Assembly: GCA_031264075.1 (NCBI GenBank) | Contig: JAISEO010000101.1 | Location: forward strand, 1-57,251 | Direction of reading: 5' to 3' | Source: Coriobacteriales bacterium | GTDB taxonomy: Bacteria; Actinomycetota; Coriobacteriia; Coriobacteriales; UBA8131 | Length of the DNA: 57,251 nt | Shown here: positions 33,208 through 42,664 of the stretch, in pieces | How the letters are laid out: each line of letters begins with the position of its first letter | Numbering within the stretch: the first letter of the stretch is position 1 | Program-made: the position numbers and the translations under genes | The notes under the pieces: model-generated | Seen by the model: the letters and a program-made list of their open reading frames with translations, nothing else | Databases searched by the model: none | Told to the model about the DNA's origin: nothing

Positions 33208-33510
33208 TCAAATTTCATACAGCACAACCCCAGTAGATTCGATTTCCCTCTCTATGGGAGAGCCTGATTCAATATGAGTGGCATCAATGAGGTCAACATT
33301 CTTGTCAACCGCCCTGGTGATTGTTTCAAGAAGCCCCACAAACTCGAGACCGCGAAGCCCGCTGTCTACAAATAGGTCAATATCACTTTTGGGAGCAACA
33401 TCGCCCCTCCCGTACGAGCCAAACAGCATCGCCCTACGCACATTATTGGCGATAAAAATCGGCGTCAATAAGTTTTTGATCTGATATATGTCATACACAG
33501 TCTCAGTCAT
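33208..33510 (-). CDS. MntA-type minimal nucleotidyltransferase (antitoxin-like), no HepT/HEPN partner
   Basis: LFGSYGRGDVAPKSDIDLFVD is the GSxxRG...DxD NTase motif. 100 aa. AT-richer than its surroundings (26 G+C of 60 nt at 33241-33300). Confidence 0.85.
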   Translation of the reverse strand: MTETVYDIYQIKNLLTPIFIANNVRRAMLFGSYGRGDVAPKSDIDLFVDSGLRGLEFVGLLETITRAVDKNVDLIDATHIESGSPIEREIESTGVVLYEI

Positions 33511-33627
33511 GTATACCTAACAGGATGTTCTTTTGAATACGTATTGGTACCGTCCTGTCTTTCAGCATCCACACTATAGCATGGCTATTCCTGCTTTTCA
33601 ATACGTACGTGCTTGTTTACAGTACTT

Positions 33628-36372
33628 TCAGCGATTGTCTGACGCTTCGTGTTTGTCTTCCAGTGCTGCCTGGGCGGCGGCCAGGCGGGCCAGGGGCACG
33701 CGGTAGGGCGAACAGCTCACGTAATCCAGGCCTATCCTGTGGAAGATCTTGACGGACTGCGGGTCGCCGCCGTGCTCGCCGCAGATACCCAGGCCAAGCT
33801 CGGGGTTGGCCGAGCGTCCGAGCTGCACGGCCATCTCAACCAGCTTGGCCACGCCCTCGTCCAGCGTCTCGAAGGGATTGAAGGGGATTATCTTGCGTTC
33901 AAGGTAGCGTGGCACGAATTTGCTCTCCACGTCGTCGCGCGAGAAACCAAAGGCGGTCTGGGTGAGGTCGTTGGTGCCAAAGGAGAAGAAGTCTGCCCTG
34001 GCAGCTATCTCATCTGCGGTCACGGCGGCGCGGGGCAACTCGATCATCGTGCCAATGGCAAGGTCAAGCTCCCTCCCAAACTCCTCGCCCACCTCTTCCA
34101 GTACGGCCTCGCATTCCTCGCGCAGCGTGGCCAGTTCTGGCTCCACACTCACCAGGGGTATCATGATCTCGGGGTTGGGATGCAGGCCCTCTGCGAGCAG
34201 GCGGGCGGTTGCGGTGGCAAGGGCACGCACCTGCATGGCGGCCAGCTCGGGGTTGAGGATGGCCAGGCGCACGCCGCGCAGCCCGAGCATGGGGTTCATC
34301 TCCGTCATGGAGTCGATGCGCGAGAGCAGCGCACGCTTGGTGATGACGAGGTCGGTGTCCTCGGCGGTCAGCTCCAGGCGGGTTATCTCCACCTCGAGCA
34401 TACGCGGGTCGTCGAGGAACTCGTGCAGCGGCGGGTCGAGCAGGCGCACGACCACCGGCAGGCCGTCCATGGCCTTGAACATGCCGTAGAAGTCCTCGGT
34501 CTGGACTCGGAGCAGATCATCGAGCGCCTTTTCGCGTACGGCAGGATCATCGCTCAGGATGTAGTTCTGGATGATGGCCTTGCGACTGCCGAGGAACATA
34601 TGCTCGGTGCGGCAGAGCCCTATGCCGCTGGCCCCAAACTCGCGGGACAGCCCGGCGTCCTCGGGGTTATCGGCGTTGGCACGCACGCCCAGCGTGCGAA
34701 ATTCGTCCGCCCAGCCGAGAATGGTATCCAGGTCGCCGGAAAGCTCGGGCAGTACGAGGTCCACCGCACCGAGCACCAGGATGCCGCTCGTACCGTCGAT
34801 GGAGATGACGTCGCCCTCCTCAATAACGATGTCGGTACCCGCGATGAGGGCGCGACGTGCCTCGGCATCGATCCTCAGCGCCTCGGCGCCACAGACACAG
34901 GGCGTACCCATGCCGCGTGCGATGACCGCCGCGTGCGAGGTCTTACCCCCGTGGCTCGTGAGGATGCCCTCGGCAGCAACCATGCCGGCCAGATCGTCGG
35001 GATTGGTCTCCCAGCGCACGAGCACGGTCTTCTCTCCCTCACTCGCATAGGCCACGGCCGTGTCAGCGGCAAAGACCGCCCTTCCCACGGCCGCACCCGG
35101 GCTTGCGTTAAGGCCGCGTGCCACCACCTCCAGCGAGGCATCCCTGTCAAACTGCGGATGCAGGAGCTGGTCGAGCTGCGAGGGGTCAATGCGCAAAATG
35201 GCCTCCTCCTTTGAGATAAGGCCCTCCCCTACCATGTCGATGGCAATGTGCAGGGCGGCCAGAGCCGTGCGCTTGCCCACGCGGGTCTGGAGCATCCAGA
35301 GCGTGCCCTGCTCGATGGTAAACTCAATGTCGCACATATCGCGATAGTGGTTTTCAAGGATGGAGAATACCTCCTCGAGCCGTTTGCCGGCCGCCTCAAG
35401 CCCCGGATTGTTCTTGAGCTCGGAAATAGGGCTGGTGTTGCGGATACCGGCGACGACATCCTCCCCCTGCGCGTTGATGAGGTAGTCGCCGTAGAGCACA
35501 TTCTCCCCGGAGGCAGGGTCGCGGGTAAAGGCCACGCCGGTAGCCGAGGTGTTGCCCTTGTTGCCAAAGACCATGCACTGCACGTTGACGGCCGTGCCCA
35601 GATCGTCGGGAATCCTGTTCTGCTTGCGGTAGAGCTGGGCGCGGTCGTTCATCCAGGAGCCAAAGACGGCCTTGATGGCGAGCAGCAGCTGGGTGTCCGG
35701 GCTCTGCGGAAACGCTACCCTGCCCGCGGCGTCCCGCTCCAACTCCGGAAAGTCCGCCGCCTCCACATTGTTGGCAAATATCTGCTTGAAGGCACCGACG
35801 AGCGCTTCCAGATCCTCGGCGGAAAGCTCGTTGTCTCCCGCAACGCCGCGGGTGATCTTCGTGGCGGTGAGGGCATTCTCAAAGAGGTCGCCGTCGATGT
35901 TCATGACCACCTTGCTGAACATCTGAATGAAGCGGCGATAGCTGTCCCAGGCAAAACGCGGGTTGTTGGTCTGGGCTATGAGGCCCTTGATGGACTCGTC
36001 GTTAAGGCCGAGGTTGAGCACGGTGTCCATCATGCCGGGCATCGAGAAGGGGGCGCCGGAGCGCACGCTTACCAGCAGGGGATCTGCGGGGTCTCCTATC
36101 TTCTTGCCCATGCGCTTTTCAAGGTCCAGACGATAGTCCTCGATCTCTGCCAGTGCCTCGGGAACAAAACGGTTGCCGCCCTGTGCGTATTCCATGCAGG
36201 TCTGACAGGAGATGGTAAAGCCGGGCGGAACCGGCAGGCCGATGGAGGCCATCTCGGCCAGGTTGGCGCCCTTGCCGCCCAAGATGGATTTCATGTCTCT
36301 GTTGCCCTCTGTTACGTTAACGCCGGCCTCATCTGCGCCAAAAGCATAGACGCGTTTTGCTGTCTCAGCCAC
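33628..36372 (-). CDS. ppdK: pyruvate, phosphate dikinase
   Basis: AETAKRVYAFG...ILGGKGANLAEM, phospho-His motif GGKTSHAAVIARGMGTPCV, and a C-terminal PEP-utilising TIM barrel (GICGEHGGDP). GTG 36372 lies behind an AAGGAG SD. The track start at 36606 adds about 78 non-homologous codons. Confidence 0.93.
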   Translation of the reverse strand: MAETAKRVYAFGADEAGVNVTEGNRDMKSILGGKGANLAEMASIGLPVPPGFTISCQTCMEYAQGGNRFVPEALAEIEDYRLDLEKRMGKKIGDPADPLLVSVRSGAPFSMPGMMDTVLNLGLNDESIKGLIAQTNNPRFAWDSYRRFIQMFSKVVMNIDGDLFENALTATKITRGVAGDNELSAEDLEALVGAFKQIFANNVEAADFPELERDAAGRVAFPQSPDTQLLLAIKAVFGSWMNDRAQLYRKQNRIPDDLGTAVNVQCMVFGNKGNTSATGVAFTRDPASGENVLYGDYLINAQGEDVVAGIRNTSPISELKNNPGLEAAGKRLEEVFSILENHYRDMCDIEFTIEQGTLWMLQTRVGKRTALAALHIAIDMVGEGLISKEEAILRIDPSQLDQLLHPQFDRDASLEVVARGLNASPGAAVGRAVFAADTAVAYASEGEKTVLVRWETNPDDLAGMVAAEGILTSHGGKTSHAAVIARGMGTPCVCGAEALRIDAEARRALIAGTDIVIEEGDVISIDGTSGILVLGAVDLVLPELSGDLDTILGWADEFRTLGVRANADNPEDAGLSREFGASGIGLCRTEHMFLGSRKAIIQNYILSDDPAVREKALDDLLRVQTEDFYGMFKAMDGLPVVVRLLDPPLHEFLDDPRMLEVEITRLELTAEDTDLVITKRALLSRIDSMTEMNPMLGLRGVRLAILNPELAAMQVRALATATARLLAEGLHPNPEIMIPLVSVEPELATLREECEAVLEEVGEEFGRELDLAIGTMIELPRAAVTADEIAARADFFSFGTNDLTQTAFGFSRDDVESKFVPRYLERKIIPFNPFETLDEGVAKLVEMAVQLGRSANPELGLGICGEHGGDPQSVKIFHRIGLDYVSCSPYRVPLARLAAAQAALEDKHEASDNR

Positions 36373-36632
36373 AGTTGCACTCCTTATCACATTACTCTGC
36401 GGCTCGCACAAGCCGCTGGGGTCAAGAGTATCAAGGATAACAGAAGCCGAGCCGCGCGGCAGGCAGTTTTGCCAGACATCGCCGAGATGTAAGCTATGCT
36501 GTGGAGGCGGCGTGATATCCTGCCAGCGCCAATCTGCGTGAGTCAGGCACTGAGCAGCACTCCCTCCCTGTTCACATTCTGATAGAAAGGAAGAGTTTCT
36601 GACCATGCGTCAAATATACCTTGTTAACCCCT

Positions 36633-39600
36633 CTACGCGCTGGAAAGCTGTAGGAGTTGGGCCTTGAGGCGTCCATCCTGGCCGTCTACGGTGTAGGGTA
36701 GCTCGGCTCGGAGCGGCGTGGCGCTCTCGCGTTCGAGAATGAGAACCACCGGGTCAATGCCCCCATAACTCCCCAGCAGACGCGAGAGTTCATCTGAGAA
36801 TACCTGATTGAATGCACTGGCCTTGAAGCGGAGTTCGAGCGGGCGGGGCTCTCGCGTGGCGTTCTCACTGAGGCGTATCTCCCTGATGGCGCTGACCTTG
36901 ACCTGCGAGCCGCGGTCTGAGGTCTCGAAGAAGCCCGTTACCTGCACGACCGCGTCCTCCACCAGAATCTCCCGATAGCTCTCAAAGGGCCGGGGAAACA
37001 GTATCATCTCCATGCTGTCCTCAAGGTCCTCCAGCAGAAAACGTGCCATCCGCTCACCCTTCTTGGTAACCAGGGGAGAAACGCTCGCAATCATCCCGGC
37101 CAGCGTTATCTGCCGGTCCTGGGGAACCCGCCGCCGGAAGGCCTCGCCCATCACATCACCGGAGATGCCCTCGGACAGGTCCAGGGCCTCGCCGCCTACC
37201 TCCGCATCGTCCATCTGCGCATCGGCCAGGAGCTCTGACAGGGTATATTCCGCAGCGACTTTAAGCGAATCGGCATAGGGGTTGAGCGGGTGGTCAGACA
37301 CATACATCTTGAGTATCTCTTTTTCAAAGGCGAGCTTCTCGCGCCGGTCCCACTCTATGCCATCCGGAGGCTCGACGACATCCCCAAAGCCTGCGTCCTC
37401 GGCGTCGTCGCCCAGGAGGTCAAGCATCGAGACCTGGCCTTCTGCCCTCGCCTTGCGCCGCGTGGACGCGATCTCAACAATTTTGTCCACGTCGAGTATC
37501 CTCAGCATATGCCTGCGCGTGTAGCCGGTGGAGTCGAGCGCACCCGACTTGATGAGTGCGTCAACCGCGCGCTTGCTTACGATGGAATTGGGCACGCGAA
37601 AGACGAAGTCGTGGAGCGAGGTAAAGGGGCCCTTTCTCTCGCGTTCCCTGATTATCTCGCTCGCCGCCTGCTCGCCTACGCCCCTGATGCCGGCAAGGCC
37701 GAAGCGGATGGACGCGCCGAGCGCGGTAAACTCAAGCCCAGAGGAGTTGACATCGGGAGGCAGCACCTCTATGCCCTCCTTGCGGCAGATGGTGATGTAA
37801 TGGGTGAGCGCGTCGTTGCGCCCGAGGTTGGAGGACAGCACCGCAGCCATGAACTCAACCGGATAGTGCGCCTTGAACCAGGCTGTCTGCATGACGAGCA
37901 CGGCGTAGGCAGCGGAATGCGACTTATTGAAGGCGTACTCGGCAAACTTCTCCACGTCTTCCCAAATGGCCTGGGCCACCTGCCTCGTGTAACCGTTTCT
38001 CTCGGCACCGTTGAGCCAGTGGTTTTTCATGGATTCGGTGGTGCCGTCCTTCCAGCTGCGCTCCTCAGACATCATGGCGTAAATCTTCTTGGCCACGGCC
38101 TTGCGCACGATATCGCTCTCGCCGGCGGTAAAGCCACTCATGGTCATGGAAATCTGCATGACCTGCTCCTGGTAGACAATGGCGCCGTAGGTCTCCTGCA
38201 GTATGGGAGCGAGCCGGTCGTCGTAGTACTTCACGCGCTTTCTGCCACTCTTGCGGTCTACGAAGTCGTTGACCATGCCGGAGTTCAAGGGGCCGGGACG
38301 GAACAGTGCGATAGTTGCCACGATGTCCGAGTAGCGGTCGGGCTTCATGCGCCTGAGCAGCGTCGTCATGCCGGGCGACTCCACCTGAAACACGCCAGCC
38401 GTCTCGCCTCGTTGCAGGAGCCCGAATACCTTGGCATCGTCGAGCGGTATGGCGTCGATGTCGATGTCTACGCCGCAGCTCTGCTTTACGTAGTCACGCG
38501 CGCGCATCAGTACGTTGAGCGTGCGCAGCCCCAGAAAATCCATCTTCAACAGGCCAAGCTTGGCGTTATATTCCCCGTCGTACTGCGTGATGATGACCTC
38601 ACCCTTGGTGTCCTTTTTGACCGGGACGTGCTTTTCTATCGGATCGCGGCAGATAATGACCGCGCTGGGGTGCACGCCCTCGCCGCGGATGGAGCCTTCC
38701 AACATGAGTGCCGTCTTAACCACCAGCTTTGCCTCATCGTTGCTGTTGATGAGATCGAGGAGGTCCGCGCTCCTCTGAGTCGCGAGCTTGCTGTCTCGGG
38801 ATTCGCCGAGGTTGGCCCTGAGGTTGGCCGCCGGGCCTCCCTGGATGGTCTTGGAGATCTTCTGGGCAAGCGAGATGGGCTTGTCGAGGATGCGCGCGGC
38901 GTCGTTGATGGCCGCCTTGGCCTTCATCGTGGAGTAGGTGATGACGTGGGCGACCTTGTCAAAACCGTAGAGTTCGCGCAGATGCTCGATGACCCGGAAT
39001 CGGCCTTCCTCGTCAAAGTCGATGTCGATGTCGGGCATCTCCACGCGCTCGGGCGAGAGGAAGCGCTCGAACATGAGTCCGTTGGAAAGCGGGTCGAGGT
39101 CGGTGATGCCCAGCGCGTAGCTGATGATGGACCCTGCCGCACTGCCGCGCCCCGGGCCCACACCCACGCCGTTGTTGCGTGCCCAGTCCACAAACTCCGC
39201 CACCACCAGAAAGTAGGAGGGAAAGCCCTGGGAGCAGATTATCTCATACTCGTAGTCGTAGCGCTCGCGCACCTCCGCCGACAGAGGACTGCCATAGCGC
39301 GCCTCAAGACCGGAGAGTGCCTGTTTGGCCAGAAGCGAGCTATTGGTCTCGCCCTCGGGAAGCGGTATCTGCGGCAGCACGTAGTCGTCGGGCAGTTCGA
39401 CCTTACACTTGGCCGCAATCTCAACGGTGGTATCGCAGGCATCGGAGAACTCCCCGAGCGCCGAGCGCATCTCTGCCTCACTCTTCATATAGAACTGGTC
39501 GCACTCGAAGCGCAGCCGCCCCTCATCGCTTACGCGCGAGCCGGTCTGGATGCAGAGCATGTAGTCCTGGGCTACGCTGTCGGCCTGCCTGAGGTAGTGG

Positions 39601-40229
39601 ATGTCGTTGGTGGCAACGGTCTTGAGGCCCAACTCCCGTGCCAGATTGTTGAGCAGGTGATTGAGTTCCGTCTGCGTCATGCCGCTGTCCGAGACGGTGA
39701 GCCCCTGGTTCTGGAGCTCTATGTAGAAGTCTCCCGGGGCAAAGGCCGATGCGAGATCCTCCGTCCACTGTCGAGCGTCCTCAGCCCTGTTCGTGATAAG
39801 CATCTGGGGAATGATGCCCACGAGACAGGCACTCGTGCCGATAAGGCCCTCGCCGTAACGTCTGAGCATGGAGAGCGTGACGCGCGGCTTGTAGTAGAAG
39901 TTCTCCACGGCCGCCACCGAGCATATCTTGAGCAGGTTCTGGTAGCCTCCCAGATCCTTGGCGAGGAGCAGCAGGTGATAGAGCTCGGGCTTGTGCTCGC
40001 GGCTGAGCCCTTCGTCGGGCGTAAAGTACACCTCGCAGCCGATAATGGGCTTGACGCCCTCCTTCTTGCAGGCATCCACAAAGGCCGGCACGCCGAGCAT
40101 ATAACCATGGTCGGTGATAGCGATGGCGTCCATGCCAAAGTCGCGGGCCTGGCGGGCCATGGCAGGGAGCCGGGTCTGCCCGTCGAGGAGGGAGTATTCC
40201 GTGTGGTTGTGCAGGTGAACAAATGCCAT
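36633..40229 (-). CDS. dnaE: DNA polymerase III alpha subunit
   Basis: PHP domain MAFVHLHNHTEYSLLDG, polymerase core (PDIDIDF, GLLKMDFLGL), and a C-terminal OB fold. 1,198 aa. Confidence 0.95.
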   Translation of the reverse strand: MAFVHLHNHTEYSLLDGQTRLPAMARQARDFGMDAIAITDHGYMLGVPAFVDACKKEGVKPIIGCEVYFTPDEGLSREHKPELYHLLLLAKDLGGYQNLLKICSVAAVENFYYKPRVTLSMLRRYGEGLIGTSACLVGIIPQMLITNRAEDARQWTEDLASAFAPGDFYIELQNQGLTVSDSGMTQTELNHLLNNLARELGLKTVATNDIHYLRQADSVAQDYMLCIQTGSRVSDEGRLRFECDQFYMKSEAEMRSALGEFSDACDTTVEIAAKCKVELPDDYVLPQIPLPEGETNSSLLAKQALSGLEARYGSPLSAEVRERYDYEYEIICSQGFPSYFLVVAEFVDWARNNGVGVGPGRGSAAGSIISYALGITDLDPLSNGLMFERFLSPERVEMPDIDIDFDEEGRFRVIEHLRELYGFDKVAHVITYSTMKAKAAINDAARILDKPISLAQKISKTIQGGPAANLRANLGESRDSKLATQRSADLLDLINSNDEAKLVVKTALMLEGSIRGEGVHPSAVIICRDPIEKHVPVKKDTKGEVIITQYDGEYNAKLGLLKMDFLGLRTLNVLMRARDYVKQSCGVDIDIDAIPLDDAKVFGLLQRGETAGVFQVESPGMTTLLRRMKPDRYSDIVATIALFRPGPLNSGMVNDFVDRKSGRKRVKYYDDRLAPILQETYGAIVYQEQVMQISMTMSGFTAGESDIVRKAVAKKIYAMMSEERSWKDGTTESMKNHWLNGAERNGYTRQVAQAIWEDVEKFAEYAFNKSHSAAYAVLVMQTAWFKAHYPVEFMAAVLSSNLGRNDALTHYITICRKEGIEVLPPDVNSSGLEFTALGASIRFGLAGIRGVGEQAASEIIRERERKGPFTSLHDFVFRVPNSIVSKRAVDALIKSGALDSTGYTRRHMLRILDVDKIVEIASTRRKARAEGQVSMLDLLGDDAEDAGFGDVVEPPDGIEWDRREKLAFEKEILKMYVSDHPLNPYADSLKVAAEYTLSELLADAQMDDAEVGGEALDLSEGISGDVMGEAFRRRVPQDRQITLAGMIASVSPLVTKKGERMARFLLEDLEDSMEMILFPRPFESYREILVEDAVVQVTGFFETSDRGSQVKVSAIREIRLSENATREPRPLELRFKASAFNQVFSDELSRLLGSYGGIDPVVLILERESATPLRAELPYTVDGQDGRLKAQLLQLSSA

Positions 40230-40518
40230 GCCCTGATGATACCAGAGTCAGCGGAGCGGTGCCGGCACGGGGTGGAAAGTGCAGGGTTGGTGATACAAGG
40301 GTTGAGGTGCACCGGGTGCTTCTACCTCCAGTTTAGACCCAGTTTATTGCGAGTTGGCATTATTTTGCTCGCGTTTTGCTCTGGTTTGGAGAGTAGTAAG
40401 AAGGCTCTGGTAGTGTCGTCTTATGGCAACAGCTGCTATGAGATGTTGGAGGTGCTGCCAGATAAGCAGAGCCCGTGAGAAGGCTCCGATATCCTCGTGA
40501 CAACAGAAGGGAGCAAAC

Positions 40519-41379
40519 GTGCGAGAGAAAGACACCCACGGACAAAGGCAGTACAAATCCAACCTTTTCGCTGACTACCTAAGTGAGAAGGAACGCCTGA
40601 TAGAGGTCTACAACGCCCTTTCCGGTGAGAATTATCCTTTCGACACTAAGATAAGCTACGAGACACTCGACAACGTGCTCTTCGGTGGTCCCTATAACGA
40701 CATAGCCTTCACCATAGCGGGAAGGTATGTAATCCTGGCTGAGCATCAGAGCACCGTGTCGAGCAATCTACCTTTGAGACTTATGCTCTACCTGGCGAGA
40801 ATCTACGAGGCTATGGTGCCGAGTGAGGAGCTCTACCGAAGAAGGCTCTACAGGGTGCCCACCCCTGAGTTCATCGTGGTCTACAACGGGCGTGAGCCCT
40901 GTCCTGATAAACAGGTACTACGCCTGTCCGATGCCTTTATTGCTCAGGAGAAGTCTCCTGCACTTGAGCTTGTAGCCACGGTCTATAATGTTGCTGAGGG
41001 ACACAGCAGAGAAGTGCTTGCCAAAAGCAGGGCACTCTCTGACTACTCTGTCTTCGTGTCTATGGTAGAAAACTATCGAGCAGGTGGCCTTTCCCTTGAC
41101 GAGGCCATAACAAAGGCCATACAGGAATGCAAGAAGCGCGGTATAATGGAGGCATACTTGGAAAGTCGTGGATCGGAGGTGCTTACTATGTTGGTGGCGG
41201 AATGGAACTGGGACGATGCAATAAGAGTTGCGCGTGAAGAGGAACGAGAGATAGGCTTTGCTGAGGGTGAGAAGCGGACTGCACGCACTAACGCCACACG
41301 TATGAAGTCTGCTGGCCTTGACGTTGGGCTTATTGTAGAGTGCACTGGCCTCAAACCTGAGGAAGTGGCAAGCCTCTGA
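40519..41379 (+). CDS. Rpn-family recombination-promoting nuclease / putative transposase (PD-(D/E)XK)
   Basis: NDIAFTIAGRYVILAEHQS (D...ExQ nuclease core) and a C-terminal helical tail ending TGLKPEEVASL, as in Rpn/YhgA-like proteins. GTG start behind AAGGGAG. Lower GC (29 of 60 at 40561-40620). Confidence 0.78.
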   Translation: MREKDTHGQRQYKSNLFADYLSEKERLIEVYNALSGENYPFDTKISYETLDNVLFGGPYNDIAFTIAGRYVILAEHQSTVSSNLPLRLMLYLARIYEAMVPSEELYRRRLYRVPTPEFIVVYNGREPCPDKQVLRLSDAFIAQEKSPALELVATVYNVAEGHSREVLAKSRALSDYSVFVSMVENYRAGGLSLDEAITKAIQECKKRGIMEAYLESRGSEVLTMLVAEWNWDDAIRVAREEEREIGFAEGEKRTARTNATRMKSAGLDVGLIVECTGLKPEEVASL

Positions 41380-41386
41380 GAGTTTG

Positions 41387-41491
41387 CATACCTTGAAAGT
41401 CGTGGATCGGAGGTGCTTACTATGCTACTCACAGGATAGAACTGGGACGATGCGCTCAGGGTTGCGAGTGAAGAGGAAGGGCGAGATAGGC
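41387..41491 (+). pseudogene. degenerate duplicate of the Rpn gene 3' region (fragment)
   Basis: 41387-41491 aligns to 41152-41265. gcatac(c/t)ttg(g)aaagtcgtggatcggaggtgcttactatg and gaactgggacgatgc are nearly identical in both copies. The fragment contains an in-frame tag stop and has no start codon. Confidence 0.6.
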
Positions 41492-41597
41492 ATGGGACAA
41501 GAGGGACGGGGCTGGTGTCCCACCTTTTCCAGTCACAAAAGATGCATGGCCACAGGGTAAAACCGGTGGGACACCAGCCCCGTCCCTCTTGTCCCAT
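41492..41597. repeat. perfect 33-bp inverted repeat with a 40-bp spacer
   Basis: atgggacaagagggacggggctggtgtcccacc (41492-41524) and ggtgggacaccagccccgtccctcttgtcccat (41565-41597) are exact reverse complements. Confidence 0.92.
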
Positions 41598-41614
41598 CAG
41601 CCGAAACTTCCAGC

Positions 41615-42655
41615 TCAGTTGAACCTGAATATGCGACGCGTGACCCGATAGCCGCGTTTGATGGTGAAGTTTCCGTATCGGCCATTCAGATTGACGCCGC
41701 GGCCCAGGAAGCGCTTGCGGATTTTTGCGTACATCTGCGGCGAGCGATTCTTGAGATAACCCCAGATGGCATCGCGCTGTTCGAGTGCGTCCTCCCGGCC
41801 GGAGAGTATGAGGAACACCGAGCAGATGACGAGCATCATCAGGAGGTAGTTCTCCATATAACGGCGGAGCCGTGGCTGCTTTATGTCGCTGCTGAGGTCA
41901 TACGCGTCTATCATGATGCGGGTGACGCGCAGCTGCTGGTCAATACGGCTTATCATCACCTGCTCGTTGACGCTCTGCCCCTCCCGCCCGATAAAGTAAC
42001 GGTAGAGGTTGACGTTCATATAATAGAGGCTCCGCACCGCGGGCAGCGGCACGTACACGAAGATATTGTCCACATAGAAGGTATGCCTGGGGAGCGTGAG
42101 GCCTATGTCTCTGAGCAGTTGCGTGCGGTAGATGACGGAATGCATGAGGATATTCTGCGAGGGCATGAACACGCCTATGTCTCCCCACGAGAACTGCTTG
42201 TTGCGCGGGAGTACGTTGAGGTAGCGGATGGCCGTGCGCTTGTTCTCATAGACCTTTTCGTAGACATAGTTGGTGAGCACCATGTCGATGGGGGCCTGGG
42301 TGAGCGAGAACTGGGCCAGCTTGGGCATGACTCGTTTGCAGGCCTTCTCATCGAGCCAGTCGTCGGCATCGACGACCTTGAAGTAGGTGCCTGTCGCGTT
42401 TGCCAGGCCGGTGTTGACCGCCTGACCGTGGCCGCCGTTCTCCTGATGAATGACCTTGATGATGTCGGGATGCCGTGCCCCCCACACGTCGAGCTTGGCC
42501 GGCGTGTCGTCCTTGACGGAGCCGTCATCCACGAGGATGATCTCGATGGCACCCAGGTACTCAGAGCAGCCCGCCAGAATGGACTCGACGCAGGTATCAA
42601 CGTAGTCCGCGACGTTATAGCACGGTATGGCAAAGCTGATGATGGGCCTGGGCAT
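41615..42655 (-). CDS. family 2 glycosyltransferase
   Basis: ISFAIPCYNVADYV...ILVDDGS...VVDADDWL: GT-A fold with a DxD motif. Confidence 0.88.
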   Translation of the reverse strand: MPRPIISFAIPCYNVADYVDTCVESILAGCSEYLGAIEIILVDDGSVKDDTPAKLDVWGARHPDIIKVIHQENGGHGQAVNTGLANATGTYFKVVDADDWLDEKACKRVMPKLAQFSLTQAPIDMVLTNYVYEKVYENKRTAIRYLNVLPRNKQFSWGDIGVFMPSQNILMHSVIYRTQLLRDIGLTLPRHTFYVDNIFVYVPLPAVRSLYYMNVNLYRYFIGREGQSVNEQVMISRIDQQLRVTRIMIDAYDLSSDIKQPRLRRYMENYLLMMLVICSVFLILSGREDALEQRDAIWGYLKNRSPQMYAKIRKRFLGRGVNLNGRYGNFTIKRGYRVTRRIFRFN

Positions 42656-42664
42656 GATGACCGG

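Noticed and set aside
33649-36492. Two long plus-strand ORFs (33649-35214 and 35248-36492)
   Set aside because: They are antisense to ppdK. No motifs are present, and ppdK is unambiguous.
37290-40478. 1,062-aa plus-strand ORF
   Set aside because: It is antisense to dnaE, whose minus-strand product has the PHP and polymerase motifs. Arg/Gly/Val-rich artefact.
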